NCBI RefSeq assembly: GCF_000143415.4
Contig: NW_003314394.1
Span: 1-64,000, forward strand
DNA length: 64,000 nt
Direction of reading: 5' to 3'
Origin: Selaginella moellendorffii
Lineage: Eukaryota; Plantae; Lycopodiophyta
Made by a program: the position numbers and the translations under genes. This document shows positions 52,001 to 60,400 of the stretch, in pieces. Every line of letters begins with the position of its first letter. The stretch's first letter is position 1. The notes under the pieces were generated by a model. That model did no database searches, was not told where the DNA came from, and saw nothing but the letters and a program-made list of their open reading frames with translations.

Positions 52001-53350
52001 TCTTCCTCTACAAGTGGTTCCAAGCCGAAGGAAAAATGCTAGGTGCAACAGAAGATAGAGGCCTGGACCAAACCTACAGGGACCTACATGGGCATGCACA
52101 CCTTTGCAGAGGCTAATACCATGATCCAAGAACACTAGACAGCAAACAACTCTAACTGGATCAAAGCGTTCTATGGTCTGGCGATCTCAAAACATAGGAT
52201 GTGGAAGTTCCAAACAGCCTTTCACAAAGCTTGACGGGCGTGCCTCAAGACACTACAGATAACCGACATGTCAACTCATCGCTGGTGGAGACTAAACGAT
52301 ACGATTATATACACACTCCCAGGCAGGACATCTAGTCTGATCTTTGAAGTGGGACACGCGGGATGCCTCCTTCCCCTCATTACCCTTGAATATGAGGATC
52401 TCCTAGACATGTCTGCTGCTCAGCCTATCCGTGTCATCCAGATGGAGAAGAAAACTACATGTATAGACCCAACAATTCCAGAATGATAGTACTCCCGACT
52501 CTACTGGTTCTACCACCAAACCTTGGATGAATTACAATGGGACCCAGCAGAATGGGAGTGGAAGGACACATGCAAAGGGTTCTTTCAATATGAGACCAAG
52601 CTCGGCTAACAAATCTTCTGCCCCCCGGCCCACTCCACCTTCTTCCAAAAAGCAAGAGCTCAGCAGATCCTCCCCTTGAACCACTTACAATGTGTGAACA
52701 AGATTTGGAGAGGCCACTAGTCCGCCAAAAACCGCTATTTCATGTGGCTAGCCCAACAAGAACGACTACCCTCCCTTGCGGCAATACACCTCCTGAACAC
52801 AGCATGCAAGCTATGTGGCACAAAGGAGACTCAGCGACATATACTATGGGAATGCTTGCTTGGCAGCACAGGAAGTTTGGGAGGGAGCCATGGCAATCCT
52901 CAAACGGACCTCACAAGGAGGCGTGGCCATCACCTACGAATCTGCACTCTGGGCAGCTTTCTCCAAGGGAAAACTAAACGCCCGGACACCTGGAAATGGA
53001 AGCAAATCGAAAACCCTCACTTTGACCAACTCAACCGATCACGCACTCATCTCACACATCTCCATTAGGAACTCTTCGACGCTCTCAGGGGATGTACTTT
53101 AGCAGAGATCTGGAAGGCCCGCTACACCAGGACGTTCAATGATAAGAACCCCTCGGCTCGGGCAACAATCTCAAAGGTTTGGTCACGACTGATCGTCGCA
53201 CTAGCATCTAGAGTTGATACGCTAGTCAAAAGAGGACACAAAGGGAAGATTGCCTAGGAATGGGCTCTCTGGCAGTTCTTTAGACATGGAAATGAGGTTA
53301 GTGAAGACAAATGGACTTGGAAACCACCAATATGGCTTTGGCATCACTTG
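49038..53350 (+). pseudogene. LINE ORF2: APE endonuclease, reverse transcriptase, C-terminal zinc knuckle (multiple stops)
   Basis: LSWNVGG, CFQEH, NIYV, IGDLN, FTW...LDRFY, SYHCPI (APE). LIPKK, N*RPISMLN..YKIIAK, QNGFV..RQIMDN, EFEKAYNRVDW, QGCPLAPYLF, FTDD, RYLG (RT). CKLCGTKETQRHILWEC (CCHC). Confidence 0.95.
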
Positions 53351-53557
53351 TCTAGGAACGACAGAACGTGTACCTCCCCAAGTCCTTCAACCTCCCCATC
53401 TGGGACGTCAACCACATGGACCATGACGGATACGATCTTGAGCTTCAATTTGTCCTCAGCCCCCTCACCACTCCCCTCTCTGCTCTTTTCCAGTTTTGAG
53501 CTTATCAAAACTGGACTTTATGGTTTTATAGAGAATAAATAAATAAAAACCCGGTTG

Positions 53558-53719
53558 ACAAAGTTGGACTAGAGTCAAGCTCAATAGGGTCTTCTTTCCC
53601 CGCTAATTCTTCCAAGCCCATTCCCTTGGCTGTGGTTTCACTAGATAGTAGATAGGGACTGTGGGAATCTCATTAATCCATTCATGCGCATCATTAATTA
53701 GATGATGAGGCATTTGGCA

Positions 53720-53755
<36 letters not shown>

Positions 53756-53759
53756 TGTG
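53558..53759 (-). rRNA. 25S/28S LSU rRNA pseudogene, upstream continuation (~200 nt) containing the empty R2/R1 target region
   Basis: GACTAGAGTCAAGCTCAA.AGGGTCTTCTTTCCCCGCT...GGCATTTGGC.ACCTTAAGAGAGTCATAGTTACTCCCGCCGTTTACC. Continues exactly from the left-hand fragment after the TSD. Confidence 0.96.
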
Positions 53760-53764
53760 GTGGA

Positions 53765-53950
53765 CACTGGAGATTCTTCATCAACACCTACCTCCGATGC
53801 AATTATGATCAGTTCTTTATATATGGCAGTTTGATTTATCGGAACAATCTCCTCTACATCCCTGCTGGCACCCAAGGCTCCTCATTCTGCAATCTTGTCA
53901 TGACACCCTAGTAGCAGGTCATTTTGGTACACACAAGACCATGGAATAAC
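53765..53950 (+). mobile_element. Ty3/gypsy integrase zinc-finger fragment
   Basis: LIYRNNLLYIPAG..RLLILQSCHDTLVAGHFGTHKT. Confidence 0.8.
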
Positions 53951-53978
53951 CATCCTGTTAGCTTGAACAATCACCTAA

Positions 53979-54051
53979 CACTGATGCTAGGGCATTGAAC
54001 CCAGGTCACCTACATGACAAGCAGGAAGACTAACCACTATACTACATTGAT
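53979..54051 (-). tRNA. tRNA-Asp(GTC) pseudogene
   Basis: Reverse complement TCAATGTAGTATAGTGGTTAGTCTTCCTGCTTGTCATGTAGGTGACCTGGGTTCAATGCCCTAGCATCAG matches plant tRNA-Asp with transition decay. Confidence 0.85.
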
Positions 54052-54232
54052 AGTCAACCATGTGGAGGTTGACCAAGAATATTCACATGTGTCAATATAG
54101 AGTTTTATTTCACAATATAATACTTTGTGTGACCCATCATCAAATAAGTTCCACCCTTGCTTAGGAAGTGCTATTTGAGAAGTGGGAGAACTTGTTTCCA
54201 AACAAAAAGGATTGTCCTTCTCTTGTTTGATT

Positions 54233-54287
54233 GCATTAATAGTCCAATGGTTAGCAATAGACCTGGGTTTAACTCCTGGTTGATGCA
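54233..54287 (+). tRNA. tRNA-Gly-like pseudogene lacking the anticodon arm
   Basis: GCATTAATAGTCCAATGG...AGACCTGGGTTTAACTCCTGGTTGATGCA resembles plant tRNA-Gly GCACCAGTGGTCTAGTGG...AGACCCGGGTTCGATTCCCGGCTGGTGCA. A second Gly 5' end GCACCAGTGGTCT is at ~54420. Confidence 0.6.
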
Positions 54288-54442
54288 TTTGGCTACGATG
54301 TTTCATCAGTAAAATCATTTTCAAATGATGAGATCCCTTCTTCCCAGCAACCACAACCACTGTAGCCTTGTAAATAAAGGTCTATGCATTACGATTGCTC
54401 CCAACTCGAAACCACTGATGCACCAGTGGTCTTCTCATATTT

Positions 54443-54514
54443 TGAACCTGATGCAAATTGAAAGCGCAACCTTTTGATCTTGAGTCAAACACGCTACCAT
54501 TGCGCCACGGATCC
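54443..54514 (-). tRNA. tRNA-Trp-derived pseudogene (anticodon CCA mutated to CAA, B-box damaged)
   Basis: Reverse complement GGATCCGTGGCGCAATGGTAGCGTGTTTGACTCAAGATCAAAAGGTTGCGCTTTCAATTTGCATCAGGTTCA, 72 nt, matches plant tRNA-Trp. Confidence 0.88.
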
Positions 54515-54557
54515 CCTAAAAAACTAACCTTCTTTCACATCCTCCATGTGGCTATGC

Positions 54558-54621
54558 TTCCCAATGCTGGGGATTGAACCCTGGTCACCTACAGAAATAC
54601 TGACCACTATACTACATCGAA
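54558..54621 (-). tRNA. tRNA-Asp pseudogene, copy 2 (anticodon arm deleted)
   Basis: Reverse complement TCGATGTAGTATAGTGGTCAGTATTTC-TGTAGGTGACCAGGGTTCAATCCCCAGCATTGGGA. Flanks match those of copy 1. Confidence 0.8.
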
Positions 54622-55039
54622 GGTCAACCATGTGGAGAGACGGGCTCAGAATAATGATACTTTCCACCCTAGGAAGTGCTATTTGGGAAGTGGGAGCACC
54701 TGTTTCCAAACAAAATTAAGCTTCCCTTGGTCGATTGAGTCAATAGTCCGACGTGTCATCACTTGAACTGGGAGCATCGACCATTCGATCTCCCGGGGGA
54801 ACTAGAGCCAGCTTGAGATAATCATTTGACGAGATCCCATCATTGTAGTTAGTGAACCTGTGAGCCAAAAGTTTGCGCCTATAATAGGACGTCAATTCCG
54901 ATGCTGAATTGGTTAACTGATTCAGATCCTTTTCAGGATGGCTTTGACTTGCTGACATCAGCAAAAGGGATTAACAAAGGGAATATCATCGATTTGGGGA
55001 CTGCTTAAACGTGCAAAAAAATGAGAGTTCAAGAAAAAA

Positions 55040-56340
55040 ATGGCTGAGGCAGAAAGGTCAGACGACAAGGAGGGCGAGCGGAAGAAAGTCTTGCGAACTT
55101 GTAAAGGCAGATGGCTAAAATGTTGAAGATTGTTGATCCGGAGGTGGGCAACGAAGACTCTGAGCAAGATAGTTATCGACGGGACTTTCAACAAACACGT
55201 GACCTTGGAAAAGTTGCACTCTATCGATGTCTCCAACAAAGATCGCGTGCATTACCTCGAGACTTTGCTGTCGCTGGAAACAAAGGGAGGCCGCGAGCCT
55301 TACAGACTTCGTTCTCTTCAGGTCCTGGATTAAGCACTAAGAACGTCGGTTGTATTTGCTTGGTTTTAGTCTTGTCATTGATCGTGGTTGCAGGTTTTTA
55401 CTGCTGCCATGGAATTGCTTGAAGGCTTGCGAGTATACGATGCTAGAGCCATTGTCACCAGAGATTTCAAAGACAAGTTCACGTGCTGGTACAATGCCGG
55501 ATTCGTAACTTGTGGGCATTGCATGTGGCAAGTGCAGACTTGTTTGAGGTGGACCAATCGGCTAAGAGGATGATTGCGAGGTATGGTTTCAAAGTTTCAG
55601 TGAGGATTTCACCTCATTTTTCCTGGTACATGTTCTCGCAGAATATCGAGCATCCACCTTTGATGGAGGCGTGGTATTGCGGGGATAATGAATCCTCATA
55701 CTTACTATGAAGATTTCAGCGTGGGAGAGAGCTTCGGTGCCTTTCTACCTGGACTATGGAGTACGCAAATTCCCGGACACTGAGAAAACTGTTTACGCGC
55801 AGCATGCTCGGGATCCCAAACAGTGGCCATTCGAGCCTTCAGCTGCTATGATGAAGTTGCTTCAGCGGATCCAGAAGGCAGCAACAAAGAGAAAACCTCC
55901 AGCGTCGAAAGCCTCTGTGGATGAACGTAGGTTCTTGCTGCCCAGCCTGTTGTGACGACGAGCGGACTTATCTACTTACCACACACCGACCTCGGATTGG
56001 AGGGTGCTACGGGTTTTGCATCCTTGAAGCTTGTAGCTGCTATTAAGGATAACACGGACACAGTGCTCTTGAGAGAAATGAAGACGTTCGTCGCTTCTCT
56101 TCCGTTGGGAATTCCGTGGGCAGATGGCGTGGATGAAGCTGCCGACTTGATCATCCTCGATCCTCCAAGCTTGTAGCAGATGACACCGTCCCGGCAACAT
56201 GTCGCTACAGTGCTACCTTCTTCACCGAATTGATGGCGTGCCTGGTCGTGATGTGTTTAGAGAACAAGCTTATATGGCGGGGAAAGCTTTTTCTTTCTGG
56301 GCGTCGATGGAGGCTGGGGTTATAGCAACGTGACAACAAC
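55040..56340 (+). pseudogene. Frameshifted coding-like region of unknown family
   Basis: Chain of overlapping same-strand ORFs (55130, 55388, 55483, 55707, 55952) with protein-like composition, ending near DLIILDPP. Confidence 0.4.
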
Positions 56341-56986
56341 GCTTGTGAAGGTGAGCATGCTCTTCATTTTATTCATGTCTTACTGAAGATCCTGTTTCTC
56401 CCATCACATCATGGACATCACCATAATGCTTGGTGAGTTTATATGGGCATTTTTGTTTTTTCTTACAGGCTTTATCAGCCAAAGAGTATGAGGCTCATGA
56501 GCTTTCTCGTCGACCATTTGACACCTTCCAAGTTGCTGGTCATGGATTTTTTGCCGTGGCTCTGAGGCGGCTCGTAACCACGGGAAAGTCACTCTTTATA
56601 AATTCCTAAATCCACCTGTATTTATGACTTCCAATAATGACCCCTTAAATACAGAGAATACAAGATTTCTGACCCTTCTATACAGTTACTTTTGGACAAC
56701 CCTAAGAAAATGATTTTTTAAAGCTATCATTTCACAATGCCCTTTTCTAAGAATATGAAATCCCTTCCTCAATTTTCCTTGACATGACTGAGAGGTTAAT
56801 GTGGAACAATTCTTATAACACCTAAATGATCCCCATCTGCACAAATCTTTGAATCTAACTTTCGATGTCACAAAGTAACTGTTATTACGTACTTGTGAAC
56901 TGTCCTAGCAAGATGAGAATGTGGAAAAGTCTATATTGGTGAAGACTTTTCCACAGCCTCATCTTGTTAGGAAGGTTCACAACTGG

Positions 56987-56993
56987 TATAAAA
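56987..56993 (+). promoter_or_regulatory. TATA box of the defensin-like gene
   Basis: TATAAAA ~75 bp upstream of ATG 57063. AATAAA at ~57357 downstream of the stop. Confidence 0.6.
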
Positions 56994-57062
56994 CTAGGGC
57001 TTCAGATCTTCATGAGCTAAAGTTGTCCTTAAGCTTGTGTTTCTCTTTACAAGTGTGTAAGA

Positions 57063-57311
57063 ATGGAGGCCAAGAAGGTGATCATCATGTTCATGGTCCT
57101 ATCATTCATGGCAGCAGTATGTGCAGCTCAACGTTGCCGAGATTACAATGATGGCATTGCACAGTGTTGGGGAGCCAGCCCCGACTGTCGCACCGCTTGC
57201 ACCACTTGCCACCGTGCTTCGGATCGTCGCAGCTGCGTCCGATGCAGTGGTTACAAGTGTAGTGGAATACTCCGTACTTGCGTTTGTACTGGAAGCTGTG
57301 TTCCTTGCTGA
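57063..57311 (+). CDS. Secreted cysteine-rich defensin-like (DEFL) peptide, 12 Cys in the mature part
   Basis: Signal peptide MEAKKVIIMFMVLSFMAAVCAA, CxxxC...G(YK)C...CxC scaffold, intact ORF with TATA and poly(A) signal. Confidence 0.85.
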   Translation: MEAKKVIIMFMVLSFMAAVCAAQRCRDYNDGIAQCWGASPDCRTACTTCHRASDRRSCVRCSGYKCSGILRTCVCTGSCVPC

Positions 57312-57419
57312 CGAACTGTATGGAGTGTGTGACCATATATATTATCTAGTGAGTTAAATAAAACCAAGTTTGAATTGTATCTAGCTGTACAAATATACAG
57401 ATGTGCTCCAGCTGATGAA

Positions 57420-57890
57420 TCTTGGCGCTACACCCAAGCTTCAATCTTGATCCCCAAGTCCGAAGCTTCGATCTTGCTTCAATCTTGCTTTGATCTTGGC
57501 CCTTCAAGCGCAGTCCGGATCCGCATTCTGCAGCAGTCTGCAAGCGATCGGTGAAGCTTCAAGCTTCAATCTCGCTTAAAGCTTCCTTCAAGCTCTCCAG
57601 TCCGCAGTCTGCGTAGTCTGCAGTATGCAATCGATCATGAGCTTCAATGGCTTCGATCTTCAATCTTTAGCGATTCATCCAGCTTCCAGCGTCAGTCCTG
57701 ATCCACTCCGATTGCAAGCTATAATCTTTCACTACTGTACAAGATTAAACCCTCAATCTGCAATCTTCAATCTCAAACACGTCTCACGCCTCAACCCTAT
57801 TCGCAGTCTCAAGCTCGTCGCCTCAATCTTTAAGGTTCAGTCATGAAGCTTCCCCTCTTCCACTTTTCAATCTTCAACTAATCTTCGCAA
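57420..57890 (+). repeat. Low-complexity region of AAGCTTC/AATCTT/CAGTC repeats (possible LTR-derived)
   Basis: Recurrent AAGCTTCAATCT and GCAGTC motifs. No termini identified. Confidence 0.45.
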
Positions 57891-59332
57891 GAAGAAACAG
57901 CAATTAAAAATCAACGGATCTGTATGCAAGTGTCAAGATTGATGACTTCGTCTCGCTCACAGTTCGATCTCCTCAGCCAGCTTGTCGCTAGTCAATAGTC
58001 AACGACAACAGATCAATTACACGGTAAGTTAGATTAGTCAGAGCTAAGTTTAAATAGTTTAAAAACTTGTAGAAATTCACGATGCGACGCATCTTCTTGT
58101 TCTTCCTTCCCTCTATCATAGTGATATCAGATCCAGCACTCTCTCCCCGTTTCCACTAGTCCTGGCAGATGATTCCTCTGTTCATGGTGAAGACGATCAC
58201 CGCATCTCTCTAGTAACTTTGATCAGCATCAGACTTTCACTCAGCTGCAAGAATTCATGACTAGTCAGCAAACTTTCATGTCTTAGACCTTGCAGCAGTT
58301 ACGTCACATTTCCTTCCCCATAAATATGCATAAATAAAATAAACTAAGAACAATAATTAATAAAAAGAAAAAAAAAGAAAAATAGGTCATTGCCAAAATA
58401 TCATAAGGTAGAAGTTGGGGTAAATGCCCACTAGAAAGTAACCAACCACTCATGGATGTGTGGGTGGCCAGTTTCTTCCTGAAACAACAGCCACAAAGCT
58501 TCCACTAAACATCCTCGCTTAGTTCAGGTCAAACCTAATTTCTGACCAAGTCCTGCCATGTTTTGCTCCCGCCAAGTCCCTGCCGCATGTAAATCCATTC
58601 CCTGGCAAAGATCGCGCCTTTGATCTGCCACCACAATGATTAGGGAATGATCCATCACGAGTGGATCTTCGAAAGATCATACAAAGCTCACCGTGAGCTC
58701 AGACTCCAGCAGACAGAAGAAGAGTTGTTCCTTGACATCAAATGAAACATTTCTTCTGGTTGTTTTGAGGAGCAAATCCTTGCAGCAGGATTGGGAGAAG
58801 CAGAGCCATCTTCAAGCACATTGAACGGCAACTGATCAGTAAGTGAAAAGAAAAGTAAAACTCACATTTTCTCTCGTAGCTTGCTCACCAAAACTTGCAT
58901 TTTTGGTCGCTCCATGTTCGCAAAAACCGATATCTTTTATCGTTGCGGCTTAGTGATGCAGATGTTATGCGCGATTACTAGGAGTATCTCCTGATGTACC
59001 ATGGAAACAGGCCGCCACTCCCGCTCGCGTGCTGGTTTGATTATGGACGATACAGGATGCAGAACGAAGAAAGAAAATAAAAGCGAGCCCCCAGAACTGT
59101 GTGGAATCAAAACTTAACTTTTGTGTGCGTCTCTCAAGAACCATAAACAAAATTAACCACGGAACCAAGCTCATTTGGAAATACATCTGAAAACTCAACT
59201 CAGCATGCAGAGGAACCTGAAGCTCCAGAAGAACTGGGAGCTGATATGGAGGAAGCCACATTTTGCCTCCTGTAACTGAGATTTAAATAAAGAAAAGCGA
59301 AGAAGGCCAAGATTATCTGGTCGAAAAAAGAT

Positions 59333-60400
59333 ATGATGTTTGCTGTTGCTGCAGTGCAGAGTGGGAAAATGTCTCAACACCAGGCTGCAAAAATCTTTGA
59401 TATTGGCAGAACAAGTTTACAGAATTGGTCAGAGGGACGAACTGTGATCAGGAGAAAAGGACCTGAATATCATCTTAGTAAGCAACTAGAGCAGAAGTTT
59501 GCAGACTGGTCATTCACAAGACAACAGGCTGGACACCCTGTGACAAAACAAATCCTGGTTAACAAGGCAGGAGAATCACAGACATGGTCGGCTTACCTTT
59601 TGAAAACGAACTGTCTGGCTCCTCGTGGTGGTCACGATTCTGAAGGCGTCATCCAGAACTGTCGCTGAAGTCATCATAGGCACTCAGCAGATCCCACACT
59701 CATTGTTTCAGTCCCGAAGGTTCTACAAAATCCTCCTCAAAGGATACACTCCTGATTGATGGATGAGACCAGACTTTCAGTTAGCAGAGGCGGGGGCCTT
59801 CAGGTAATTTCTCGATGAGAAAGCAGGGAGGTTGTCGAAATTGTGCCCGCCTTAAAATAATGGTTGACCATCGTCGTTGCTGTGAGCGCTGTTGGTCAGT
59901 CGATCCCAAACTATTACATCTTCAAAGGAGCTCGGTACTCCATCAACTGGATTCCCAATTGCAACTCTCAGGCAGCTTTTGCAATGTCAAAGAAAGCTTG
60001 AATGAAAAATGCTCTCTTTGTCGACTGAATTGATCACTTTTGCCATTCGAAGTCCTTGGAAGAGTAAACAAGAAAAACCCGGATCATGCTCTTGTGGGAT
60101 GACATGGATCTCACCTGACTTCTGAGGCAATAATAAAAGCATGGGAGGGCATGACGCCCATCCCTCCGCATACTAGCCACAACCCTCAGCCGTTCGATGT
60201 CTCCATCTCCAGTGATTCTCCACACCGAGTGAGTGAGATGGATGGTGGGAAACAATCAACATGAACTTATGAAGCATGAACTTGGTGGCATGGCATCCAG
60301 AGCTATTGGTCAAGCTCTTACTCTTTAAACATCATTACTTGATTCAAAGCAATTAGAATTTGCCGTTCGACTAAACGAAGATGGAGAAGGAGGTCAAAGT
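59333..60400 (+). mobile_element. pogo/CENP-B-like (Tc1/mariner superfamily) transposase pseudogene
   Basis: HTH_psq-like AVAAVQSGKMSQHQAAKIFDIGRTSL, CENP-B HTH (LSKQLEQKFADW...GHPVT...WWSRF*RRHPEL), DET, LTIVVAVSAVGQSIPNYYIFKG, HGSHLT, PHTSH.PQPFDVS DDE_1 motifs across frameshifts. Confidence 0.85.

Larger units (their letters stand above)
44243..53557 (+). mobile_element. L1/Tx1-clade non-LTR retrotransposon (with a nested relic) inserted in 25S/28S rDNA, 17-bp TSD
   Basis: TSD ACAAAGTC(GG>AA)ACTAGAG at 44226-44242 and ACAAAGT(C>T)GGACTAGAG at 53558-53574. ORF1 plus ORF2 (APE-RT-CCHC). 3' end AATAAATAAATAAAAACCCGGTTG. Confidence 0.9.

Noticed and set aside
44243-53557. Calling the rDNA insertion an R2 element
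   Set aside because: It has two ORFs with an N-terminal APE endonuclease, not a single ORF with a restriction-like endonuclease. The R2 site at 53720/53721 is empty and the orientation is antisense.
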